Assembly: GCA_963727625.1 (NCBI GenBank)
Contig: CAVSHR010000011.1
Coordinates: 320,001 to 384,000 of the forward strand
Direction: 5' to 3'
Origin: an uncultured delta proteobacterium
GTDB lineage: Bacteria > Desulfobacterota > Binatia > UBA9968
Length of the DNA: 64,000 nucleotides
Shown here: positions 41,399-50,032 of the stretch, one piece after another
How positions within the stretch are numbered: position 1 is the stretch's first letter
Layout: every line of letters starts with the position of its first letter
Notes under the pieces: model-generated
The model's input: only the letters and a program-made list of their open reading frames with translations
What the model was told of the DNA's origin: nothing
Database searches by the model: none
Translations under genes and position numbers: made by a program

Positions 41399-42282
41399 TC
41401 CGTCTTTGCTTCAGCCTCTGATGCCGCCGCTTTGATCTCGTTCCACCGCTGGGCGAGTTTTTCCGCCCTATCCAATGCCTCGATCACCAGGGCTTGGTCG
41501 CGTTGCTTGTCCCGTTCCATTTCGAGCAGTAACGAGCGGCACATGCCGGGCTCTCGTGCCAAAAAACCCGGACGCCCGATGAATTTGGCGACTTGCTGTT
41601 GCAATATTCTTCGGTCATGCCAATCGCCGAGCTCGTTTTGAAGCAGCTTTAGACCCTGCAACAACGGCTTCGTCGATGAGTCGGCGAGCTCGGCGAGGGA
41701 CTCGACCCGATAGCGCAGCCGTTTGCCGGCAATGCGAAAGCAGTGAATATTTTCGATTTGCGGATCAGCCTTGGCCGCGGCGAGCGCTTCGTTCCAGGCG
41801 CCAAGAGCGTCGCCGGCGCGCTGCCAAAGCAGTGCCACGTCTTCGGGCTGTTCGCCGATAGCGTCGATACAGGTCTGGGCGCGCGAAATGAAATCTATCA
41901 ACTCGTAATGTTTTAGTTCTGTGCGCGCATCGGCAATTGCTTTGGCCCGATCTTCATCAAGCCATCGCTTCACGGCTTCCCAGGCTCGGCGCAGCGCCGC
42001 GGCATTGACCGCGTCGCGCCGTTTTTCAATCAGCGCGATGCTTACATCGAGATTGCGGCAGGGGCCGAGGGCGCGCCGCGTTTGTTTCAAGATCCGGTTC
42101 AGCTTTCGCGCCTTCGACAGCTTTGACTTCGGCAGAAAGGCGCGCACGGTTTGTTGCAGCCGGCGGCTGGCGACGCGCACATCATGGATCGTATCCGGGG
42201 CGTCGTTCAGCAGAGCTTTGGCAAAGAGCGTTACGAACCGCTCCAGCCGCTTACGAGCCAATTTAGGCAACTTGTTTTTCAT
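41392..42282 (-). CDS. CHAD domain protein (polyphosphate-binding)
   Basis: IHDVRVASRRL, LGPCRNLDV, IHCFRIAGKRLRY, LQNELGDWHD. Confidence 0.93.
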   Translation of the reverse strand: MKNKLPKLARKRLERFVTLFAKALLNDAPDTIHDVRVASRRLQQTVRAFLPKSKLSKARKLNRILKQTRRALGPCRNLDVSIALIEKRRDAVNAAALRRAWEAVKRWLDEDRAKAIADARTELKHYELIDFISRAQTCIDAIGEQPEDVALLWQRAGDALGAWNEALAAAKADPQIENIHCFRIAGKRLRYRVESLAELADSSTKPLLQGLKLLQNELGDWHDRRILQQQVAKFIGRPGFLAREPGMCRSLLLEMERDKQRDQALVIEALDRAEKLAQRWNEIKAAASEAEAKTDQ

Positions 42283-42344
42283 ATCGACAGCGTCAGTCGA
42301 TTCTGCGACCCGGCGCGCAGGAGAATTTTCCCCTTGTTACTCCA

Positions 42345-42851
42345 TCATGCGAGCGCTCTCAGTTGTTTGGGGGTGAGCAAAAAGTGCAGCGCCCCGGGCG
42401 CCCCGCTTTCCAGAGATTCTATCTCTACATGGCACAACGAACCTTTCTTAAATATCAGTGTCAGGTGTTCGGGTTGCTTTGACCCGAGCAAAAATGCCGC
42501 GGCGCCGCTCAAGAGCGGTTCGTGGCCCACGAGCAGAAGGTTTTGGCGATTCTGGTAGCGCGTCAGGCCGAACATTAAACGTTCCACTGTGCTCTCGGGA
42601 GCGAGTCCGGAAATCGCTTCGAGCAATGCTTCAATACCGAGGGTATTGGCGACGATCTCTGCAGTCTGGCGCGCGCGCAATAACGGACTGGTCAATACGG
42701 TGTCGAACGGGACGGCGAGCCGCAACAGACCTTTCGCGGCTTTGCGCATGCGTTTGACTCCCTTGTTGGTGAGCGGGCGCTCGGAATCGTGGCTGACCGA
42801 CGGATCGTCTTGCGCCAGAGCGATGCCATGTCTCATCAGGTAAAGGTTCAT
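42345..42851 (-). CDS. sixA: phosphohistidine phosphatase SixA
   Basis: LYLMRHGIA, DSERPLT, SPLLRARQTA, LVGHEP, FKKG. Confidence 0.93.
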   Translation of the reverse strand: MNLYLMRHGIALAQDDPSVSHDSERPLTNKGVKRMRKAAKGLLRLAVPFDTVLTSPLLRARQTAEIVANTLGIEALLEAISGLAPESTVERLMFGLTRYQNRQNLLLVGHEPLLSGAAAFLLGSKQPEHLTLIFKKGSLCHVEIESLESGAPGALHFLLTPKQLRALA

Positions 42852-42884
42852 TGTTCTACCGTCGACACCTTTTGCGGCTCCGGA

Positions 42885-43131
42885 TCACGCCACATTGCGC
42901 CAGTAATCCAAAAACAGCGCGAACACCCGGGTGTCGATTTCGTCTCGCTCGTTGCGCAGCGACGCAAAGTCCGGCGCGCCGGGTTTTGCTGTCTTGAATG
43001 GCTCGCCGATGGGCCAATTCTCGTTCCTGGCGCGGCGCCAGATGCTTGGCCGTCGCTTCCGTGATCTGGCTCAGGCAGGCATTGTCGTCACAAAGAAATA
43101 AGATGTTTCTGTCGCGAATTTCGCGGCGCAT
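42885..43131 (-). pseudogene. internally deleted and frameshifted LMW-PTP/ArsC-like gene
   Basis: N-terminus ILFLCDDNACLSQITEA is joined out of frame to C-terminus ENWPIGEPF...RNERDEIDTRVFALFLDYWRNVA*. The middle of the domain is missing. Confidence 0.7.
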
Positions 43132-43146
43132 AAATCCTCCTAAAGT

Positions 43147-44694
43147 TTAGCGAGATCGCACTGTTTTGGCTTTCTTAAACTCAAGCTCCCGATTAAAGAC
43201 CTCTCGAATGAGCTTGCCCTTTTTACTCGCCCAGCTGATTTCATCGTTTACGTTTGCCGGAGATGCGATGGCGAGCGTCAGGCCTTTTGATTTATAAAGG
43301 GTGCAGCTTACGGACTCGACGCGCTGTTCGCGGCGGAAATCGAGAGCGTCGGCGACGCGCAGCAGCGAACTGAGCTTGCGCACGACATCCTGGTTGGCGG
43401 GGGAGAGCTGGCTGAATCCCAAATGTTTTTGGCTGGGATGGGCTTTGCGGTGATAACGCGCGATATTGGCGACCAGTTCGAGGTCGAGCTTGCTAAAGGA
43501 TTTCATGCCCGAGCTCTTGATCAGATAGTACGAGTGCTTGTGGTGCTTGGCATCGGCGATGAACAGGCCGATATCGTGCAACATCGCGCTCGCGTGCAAG
43601 ATGCCGGCGTATCTTTCCGGCAACTTGTGCAGCCCTTGGAGTTGATAAAACAAATTGACGGCAAGTTGGCTGACATGCCGGCAGTGAGCCGCGTCGTAAA
43701 AATATTTCTGGCAAACCTGATCGAGTGATTCGGCCCGGTCGGCATCCGGGTGCCACGCGCCGGATCCCGCGTAGGAGCGCTGGAGCAAATCGATCATCAA
43801 GCCGTCGCGCAGGCCGCGCCGCGACACGAAAAGGTATTCGAGCTCGATGGCCGCCATCACCTCGTGCAAAACGATGCCGCCCGCGACGATGATATCGGCG
43901 CGCTTCGGATCACCGCTGATCATTTCCGCGCGCTCCCGGGTCGACCGGGTCATCAGCAGATCGAGGAGTGCTTTCAAGCGCTGTCGCCGCAGGACGATCA
44001 ATGACCCTGATTTGTTTTCGCCGCCGGCTCTGGTGTCGGTTTCGGCGAGGGCTGTGATTGTACCGCCGCTGCCGAACGCCATGGTGAATTTTTCTTTTTG
44101 AATGCGTCGGGTCACGGATTGAAGCTGATCTCTAACATGCTGTCGTAAGCTTTTGATATCTTTAGAATGCGCTGGGTCAGCCGTAAAGAATCCTTCGGTC
44201 AAGCGAACCGCGCCCAAAGGCAGGCTGAACAGACAGAAAGTATTGGTGGCATCGGCGACCGTCAATTCGACGCTGCCGCCGCCGATATCGAGAAACAAAC
44301 CGAGCGGTAAATGAAAGCGTAATCCGCTCATGATGCCGAGGCTGATCAGCCGAGCTTCATTCTCCTCGGACAAAACCTCCAGCGAAACGCCCGCGGCCTT
44401 GGCGCGGTTGATAAATTTGCGGCTATCGGAGGCCTCGCGCAGCGCGCTGGTGCCCGCCGCCCGAATCGCTTTAACGCGGAAGCGGTCGGCGGCGCTCTTG
44501 AAATCTTTCAGCACCTGAAGTGCCGCGTCGACCGACCGGGGATCGAGCTTGCCGGTCTGAAAAACCTCCCGCCCGAGCCGAACCGGCCGGCGGTCCTGCT
44601 CGACGATGCGATAGTGTTTTGGGTGATCGACGGCGGCGATCTGCCAGCGTATGGCATTGCTGCCGACGTCAATGACTGCGAAATGTTCCGACAT
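43147..44694 (-). CDS. ppx: exopolyphosphatase / Ppx-GppA family with HD domain
   Basis: AVIDVGSNAIR, GTSALREA, DIGGGSVE, RADIIVAG, GLRDG, LHDIG...HHKHSYYLI. Confidence 0.95.
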   Translation of the reverse strand: MSEHFAVIDVGSNAIRWQIAAVDHPKHYRIVEQDRRPVRLGREVFQTGKLDPRSVDAALQVLKDFKSAADRFRVKAIRAAGTSALREASDSRKFINRAKAAGVSLEVLSEENEARLISLGIMSGLRFHLPLGLFLDIGGGSVELTVADATNTFCLFSLPLGAVRLTEGFFTADPAHSKDIKSLRQHVRDQLQSVTRRIQKEKFTMAFGSGGTITALAETDTRAGGENKSGSLIVLRRQRLKALLDLLMTRSTRERAEMISGDPKRADIIVAGGIVLHEVMAAIELEYLFVSRRGLRDGLMIDLLQRSYAGSGAWHPDADRAESLDQVCQKYFYDAAHCRHVSQLAVNLFYQLQGLHKLPERYAGILHASAMLHDIGLFIADAKHHKHSYYLIKSSGMKSFSKLDLELVANIARYHRKAHPSQKHLGFSQLSPANQDVVRKLSSLLRVADALDFRREQRVESVSCTLYKSKGLTLAIASPANVNDEISWASKKGKLIREVFNRELEFKKAKTVRSR

Positions 44695-44741
44695 CAGTGG
44701 GTTCTCATATCATAAACGCCTAGGAGCTTGGCGTGTTGATC

Positions 44742-44779
44742 GTTACGATTCAATTAAATATCGGTGAAGTTTTTGTTAA
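44742..44779 (-). promoter_or_regulatory. Pho-box-like direct repeats upstream of ppx
   Basis: Minus strand TTAAC-N6-TTCAC-N6-TTAAT-N6-GTAAC: four units with exact 11-bp period. Confidence 0.72.
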
Positions 44780-45034
44780 TGCCTCTCATCGATCCAAAAT
44801 GCCAAATCAGATTCCATTATAGTTTTGGGTATTTTTGATCACTCACTAAAGCGTCTTAATCATTTTAGTAAATCACTTCTTGCCATCGCAGAAAAGCCGT
44901 AAGAGCCACTTCCTGCCCATTCCGCTCGACCGCTTATAGCCGCCGCTTTGCTTTGGGTAGCCTGCGATAAAGTTTCATTCCACTTCAGCCAGCAAGGTTA
45001 GAAGCTTAAGTCCTGTTTCAAAAGAGTGAGACTC

Positions 45035-45072
45035 TTTACGCATAATTTATCGATTCGTCACTAAAGCGTAAT
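45035..45072 (+). promoter_or_regulatory. Pho-box-like direct repeats upstream of the porin remnant
   Basis: TTTAC-N6-TTTAT-N6-GTCAC-N6-GTAAT with exact 11-bp period. Confidence 0.6.
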
Positions 45073-45136
45073 CCCGCAGGTTTATTCATACTGGGTGCGG
45101 TTAAACTATGAGAAAAAATGTATTTGTATTGGCAAC

Positions 45137-45373
45137 ATGGTCCGACTATTGACGCTCGTTTTGTTTGCCTGGAGCGCGGCTCGGGCATTCGCAAGCGACG
45201 TCGATCAGCGCATCCAAGATCTTGAGGAGCGGGTCGGGCAATTGAAGCCACTAGAAATCGAGATCGAGCAACTAAAGGCCGAGCAAATCGAAATAAAAAA
45301 AGAAGCGACCGCCGCGGCGACCGGATTCTGCTGCGCGAGTAGGATCTATTTTATTTCATCGCGCCGCGCATGA
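45137..45373 (+). pseudogene. truncated N-terminus of a secreted coiled-coil or porin-like protein
   Basis: Signal peptide (…AARAFA) and coiled coil DVDQRIQDLEERV...LKAEQIEIKKEATAAA, typical of the N-termini of some phosphate-type porins. The sequence then degenerates. Confidence 0.45.
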
Positions 45374-45566
45374 GCGTGGGCATACATGTGTTATGGTGCG
45401 ACGCATCCAACCTGCGCAACGACCGCAACCAAGCTGCCCATAACTGAGGGATTTGTAAATCGAGCGAAATCGGCACAAGTAACTGCCCGTCGGGCATCGG
45501 TGGGGATTGGATAGACGTGATCTTGAACTTCAGATATCAATTCTGAGCTACTTCCGGGCCGCATGT

Positions 45567-45599
45567 AAAAAAAGGGAGCCATCGCTGGCTCCCTTTTTT
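45567..45599. terminator. bidirectional rho-independent terminator
   Basis: AAAAAAAGGGAGCCA-TCGC-TGGCTCCCTTTTTT. Confidence 0.8.
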
Positions 45600-45945
45600 G
45601 CCCGGCAGTCGCGCACAGAGAAAACGGCAAGAACCGCAGCTACACGCAATTATGATTGCTTGTGCTCGCGCCTTCTCCCGTCGGTGTCGAGTCGATCACA
45701 CGAGATGGAACTCTAGCGGATCGGTTGGTTCGGTTTAAACATGCGATAGAGCTTGCCCCCGGGAGCGGGGGCGGATTCCGGGCTTGTCGAATCCGAATCG
45801 TCTTCCACGGGCAGCTTGGCGAGCAGTTCGACGACTTCCGCGACTGCTTTCTCTATGCGTGCGAGCTCGGCGAATAAGGTAGTGTAATCTTTCCCTGTTA
45901 GGCCGGAGTGACGGTTCGGTGATGTCTCTGTGAAGCTCGGTGATT

Positions 45946-46482
45946 TTATGCCGCGCTTTCAACCACACAAGGAACCGGACGGTGGTCGGGTATGGGGAGC
46001 AGCAGATCGCATTTCAAGCGTAGGCGCGTCGATTCCATACAGAAGACCATCTTGAGCTTGGGCGCGTCGATGGCGCGGAAGATTCCCAAGCGAGCATTCG
46101 AAGCGGTCACGCCGACCCATTCTTCGCCGCGGTAGCCCACCTCAGTGAAGAGATCTTCGATCAGCGGCTCGGTTACTTTCAAGCCTCTTCCCGATATTCT
46201 CAGCTGAATCCAGTACGACGGCTAAATGCCGACAAAGGCGGTCAGATCTTTGAGCAACGAGCGGCGCGGCAGCGAGATTTCTACGGCCGCGCAGGCGTCG
46301 CTCGTCAGCAACGATTCATAGAAAAAAAATTGTAGAAACTGTTTTAATGCCGAGCCCTTCCACGGTACCTGCGTGAGCACCGGCGAGAGCGTGACAAGCA
46401 CCGGGGGCTTTTCGCCGATGCGGTTGCGGCTGGCTTTCGTGATCGCTTGCTCGATGACCGAGCCGAGATTGATCTGCTCCAT
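45946..46482 (-). pseudogene. hypothetical protein with degenerate HATPase-like fold, interrupted by an in-frame TAG at 46222-46224
   Basis: ORFs 46222-46482 and 45946-46182 are in the same frame (FVGI*PSYWIQLRISGRGLKV). The gene has an AGGAGG RBS. Confidence 0.6.
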
Positions 46483-46526
46483 CGATTCCTCCTATTAATT
46501 GTTTGACTGGATTCTGGCGGGACAAG

Positions 46527-46564
46527 GTTAAACGGGAATAAACGGCGTGTTAACTTTGTGTGAC
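46527..46564 (-). promoter_or_regulatory. Pho-box-like direct repeats
   Basis: Minus strand GTCAC-N6-TTAAC-N6-TTTAT-N6-TTAAC with exact 11-bp period. Confidence 0.65.
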
Positions 46565-46740
46565 CCCGCGGAAAACTCGATTTCTCTGGTGAAATAGAAG
46601 CTTGGGTCATGCTCAAGCTGTTCGCCGGCGCCTTTCTTGGTCACGAGATTTTTGGGTCGACGCAAGGAGCGAGCAGAACCGAACTCGGGGATTACCGCCG
46701 GGGTTCGGTTCTGCCGCGGCGTAACCACATCGAGACTTAC

Positions 46741-47545
46741 TTAGTCGTCATCTTCAACGTTGCGGGACGCTTCGATAGTCGGGTCGACATACCTCGCAAG
46801 CAACTGACCGCGCTCGACAAAACATTTTCGAAGGCGCCCTTGCCCCAATAGGCCAATTGCCAGGATTCGCCCTTATGGGGACCGCTAGCGACATGCGCAA
46901 ACGCCCGGCCTGCATCGTTCTCTTCCCGTTCAAAAAAATTCGATCCGACGTTCCCACGACGGTTTTCCCCTTGCGATAGCCAAGGGCGCTGACCGCCGGT
47001 AGATCGGCCGAACAGAAACGTTGCCAGGCTGTTGTGCCGGGGACGTAAGAAGAGGTTGCAACGTTCCAGTTGTAAACTTTGACCGGCGAATCGGTGAGAT
47101 CTTGTCCGTTGATGACTTCGAGGGTGCGCCGGTCGATCGTCCATTGTGAAACAAACGCACCTTTGGAGCCATGCTCTCGGACGGTGCCGACTATGGAGCC
47201 CAATTCATGGTTCATGAGCAGGGTGAACTGATGGGCGGCGTCGGATTTTCCTTTGTTTCCTTCCGACCCATCTTTACGTCCCTTTTCCAGCTCGATGTTT
47301 CTAAAGGCGCCCAACCCGTCCGGAATGCCGACCATTTTGTAGCCGTTTCCCGATGCCAGGTCTTTGACCGTCAGGATCGATACCGTTTTGACGTCGACCA
47401 TCGACGGCAAAAGATACGGCTCCACCGTAGTGTTCGTACCGATATTCTGTGCCGGCACCGGATTGGCGGTCAAACCCAAAGCGGCGGCACTCAAAATCGA
47501 GCGCGCGATAATCCGCCGGCTCCGATCATAAATTTTATTGTACAT
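46741..47545 (-). pseudogene. frameshifted and truncated secreted PhoX-like alkaline phosphatase
   Basis: Signal peptide, MVGIPDGLGAF, LLMNHEL, HGSKGAFVS, RFCSADL, RIFLNG, then a frameshift to EENDAGRAFAH...FEN and a premature end. Confidence 0.6.
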
Positions 47546-47599
47546 AGAAAACCCCCCGGTAAATTTTTGTCTTTCGACACGGTCAAACTAGAACGCGAA

Positions 47600-47638
47600 G
47601 TTAACGGCCCCGTGACGGTTGGGCGAAGAATTCGTTAA
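47600..47638 (-). promoter_or_regulatory. Pho-box-like direct repeats upstream of the PhoX-like gene
   Basis: Minus strand TTAAC-N6-TTCGC-N6-GTCAC-N7-TTAAC. Confidence 0.5.
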
Positions 47639-47730
47639 GTAAGGACCGGAAAGCGACGGGAAAACTCAAATCCGATCAGCGGGTGGCCGAAGGGTAATGA
47701 ACACGAGCAACGATCGAAGGCACCGGGGAC

Positions 47731-47765
47731 TTGACTACGCTATTATTTCGATGATACTGGAAATA
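47731..47765 (+). promoter_or_regulatory. ars promoter and ArsR operator
   Basis: TTGACT -35 element and inverted repeat TATTTC-N10-GAAATA abutting the arsR ATG (probably a leaderless mRNA). Confidence 0.6.
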
Positions 47766-48148
47766 TGGAAATAAAGACGGCGGTGATGGCTCTGGCCGCT
47801 CTGGCCCAGGAAACGCGACTGTCGATTTTTCGTCTGCTTGTCGAGGCGGGGCGAGACGGCGAATCGGTCGGGCGCATCGGTGAGCGTTTGAAGGTCCCGG
47901 GCGCAACTCTGTCATTCCACTTAAAGGAACTCGCTCGCGCCGGCTTGGTGTCCGCACGACAAGAGAGGCAATTTATCTATTACGCGGTAGACTTCGGACG
48001 CATGGCAGAGCTCATGACTTATCTCACGCAGAATTGCTGCCAGGGGATGCCGAAGGAATGTCTCACAGTTGTCGAGACGGCACTGGGACGCTGCTGTCCG
48101 CGTCCAATTATTACCGTTAAGCGCAAAGTAAAAGGGGCTCGCTCGTGA
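47765..48148 (+). CDS. arsR: ArsR/SmtB transcriptional repressor
   Basis: ALAQETRLSIFRLLV, ATLSFHLKEL, C-terminal NCCQG and further Cys residues. Confidence 0.93.
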   Translation: MEIKTAVMALAALAQETRLSIFRLLVEAGRDGESVGRIGERLKVPGATLSFHLKELARAGLVSARQERQFIYYAVDFGRMAELMTYLTQNCCQGMPKECLTVVETALGRCCPRPIITVKRKVKGARS

Positions 48149-48207
48149 AGGGCGTTGACGGACGTCATTTCCTTATCGGCACCGGTGGGGCCTCGAAGGA
48201 GCGTTGA

Positions 48208-48705
48208 ATGGAACTTGAATCTTTCAATGTTCTATTTCTCTGCACCGGCAATTCCGCGCGCAGCATCATGGCCGAGGCAATCCTCACCGCGCTTGGAAAA
48301 AATAAGTTCAACGCTTTCAGCGCCGGAAGCCGTCCGACCGGGCGCGTGAATCCTCTTGCGCTGGAGCTCCTTGAAAAGAATCGGTTTCCCACCGGAAGGC
48401 TGCGCGGCAAAGACTGGAAGGAATTCTCCGGGCCCGGCGCGCCGTTCATGCATTTTGTCTTTACGGTATGTGACCAGGCAGCGGCTGAACCTTGCCCGGT
48501 ATGGCCGGGACAACCGATGACCGCACATTGGGGTGTTGCCGATCCGGCGGCGGCCCAGGGCGCCGAAGAGATCAAACGAAAGGCTTTTCTAAAGGCCTAC
48601 ACGGATCTTCATCGGCGCATATCGTTGTTTGTCAGCCTGCCGTTCGACAAACTTACCGCTCTCGCCCTCAAAGAAAAACTTGACGAAATCGGGCGCGCGC
48701 AATGA
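48208..48705 (+). CDS. arsC: arsenate reductase (LMW-PTP fold)
   Basis: LFLCTGNSARSIMAE, FTVCDQAAAEPCPVWPG, HWGVADP; lies between arsR and acr3. Confidence 0.92.
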   Translation: MELESFNVLFLCTGNSARSIMAEAILTALGKNKFNAFSAGSRPTGRVNPLALELLEKNRFPTGRLRGKDWKEFSGPGAPFMHFVFTVCDQAAAEPCPVWPGQPMTAHWGVADPAAAQGAEEIKRKAFLKAYTDLHRRISLFVSLPFDKLTALALKEKLDEIGRAQ

Positions 48706-48807
48706 TTTTGGATAGAGTGTTCGCAGCGCCAGTTTTGCCGACCCTGGTTCGGGCCTTCGCGAAGGAAAACCGTGAAGTGGACGCAAGATTATCTTAAGTA
48801 GGATTTC

Positions 48808-49860
48808 ATGGTTCAAGAAGACAGCTTTGTCCTACGACTCTCGTGCCTAGACCGCTATCTCACGCTGTGGATTTTTCTGGCGATGGCGGCGGGGGTCATC
48901 AACGGCTTTTTGTTTCCGACCGCGGTCCATGGCCTGAGCGCGATGGTATCGGTTGGGACGACCAACGTACCGATCGCGATCGGCCTGATTTTGATGATGT
49001 ATCCGCCCTTGGCAAAGGTGCGTTATGAGGAAATGGGCGACGTGTTTCGCAACTGGAAAGTGCTCGGTGTGTCGCTGTTTCAGAACTGGGTGATCGGTCC
49101 CGTGCTCATGTTCGCGCTGGCGATCATATTTTTGCGCGATTACCCGGAATATATGACCGGTCTCATTCTCATTGGCCTGGCGCGTTGCATTGCGATGGTT
49201 ATCGTATGGAACGAACTCGCCAGGGGGGACAATGAATACGCCGCGGGCTTGGTGGCGTTCAACAGCGTGTTCCAGGTGCTGTTTTACAGCCTCTATGCCT
49301 GGGTGTTTATCACCGTACTGCCGACTTGGTTCGGTGTAAGCGCTTCGATCGTGAATATCACCATCGGGGCGATCGCCCAAAGCGTGTTCATCTACCTGGG
49401 AATCCCGTTCATTGCGGGTTTTCTGACCCGCTTCTTTCTCGTTCGCCTGAAAGGTAAGGATTGGTACCAATCGGCTTTTGTTCCGAAAATCAGCCCGCTG
49501 ACGCTGGTTGCATTACTTTTTACCATCATCGTCATGTTCAGCCTCAAAGGCGAGCTGATAGTGCAACTGCCGATGGACGTCTTGCGGATTGCGATACCGC
49601 TTCTGGTGTATTTTATCCTGATGTTCCTGATTTCTTTCTTCATGGGGCACAGCATTGGCGCGGATTACAGTAAAACCGCCACCCTGGCCTTCACGGCTGC
49701 GAGCAATAACTTCGAGCTGGCGATTGCCGTGGCCGTGGCGGTATTCGGCATCAACAGCGGCGCGGCATTCGCCGCCGTGATCGGGCCGCTCATCGAGGTA
49801 CCCGTCATGATCGGACTGGTGAACGTGGCGTTCTTCTTACAGAAACGATTTTTCGTTTGA
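48808..49860 (+). CDS. acr3: arsenite efflux transporter Acr3
   Basis: [47 protein letters not shown]. Confidence 0.96.
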   Translation: MVQEDSFVLRLSCLDRYLTLWIFLAMAAGVINGFLFPTAVHGLSAMVSVGTTNVPIAIGLILMMYPPLAKVRYEEMGDVFRNWKVLGVSLFQNWVIGPVLMFALAIIFLRDYPEYMTGLILIGLARCIAMVIVWNELARGDNEYAAGLVAFNSVFQVLFYSLYAWVFITVLPTWFGVSASIVNITIGAIAQSVFIYLGIPFIAGFLTRFFLVRLKGKDWYQSAFVPKISPLTLVALLFTIIVMFSLKGELIVQLPMDVLRIAIPLLVYFILMFLISFFMGHSIGADYSKTATLAFTAASNNFELAIAVAVAVFGINSGAAFAAVIGPLIEVPVMIGLVNVAFFLQKRFFV

Positions 49861-50032
49861 GCGGCTTTTTATGATCTTTCCGTGGTACATCGCGGCGATT
49901 CATTTCATAAACCTGGTTGTTTGAGCCTTCCCGATTGAAGAATCGGCCTTGATGCGCGCACTAGCGCGCGCCGCCGAAACGGAACTGGTGCGCGCTGGCA
50001 ACTTTCCCGATATGTCTTTATAACGAATCGGT

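Noticed and set aside
45700-45945. Short coding-like stretch on the minus strand (KDYTTLFAELARIEKAVAEVVELL...)
   Set aside because: It has no start codon in frame and no recognisable family. It may be a remnant but cannot be supported.
46222-46224. In-frame TAG as pyrrolysine or other recoding
   Set aside because: No pyl genes are in the window and neighbouring genes are also broken, so a nonsense mutation is more parsimonious.
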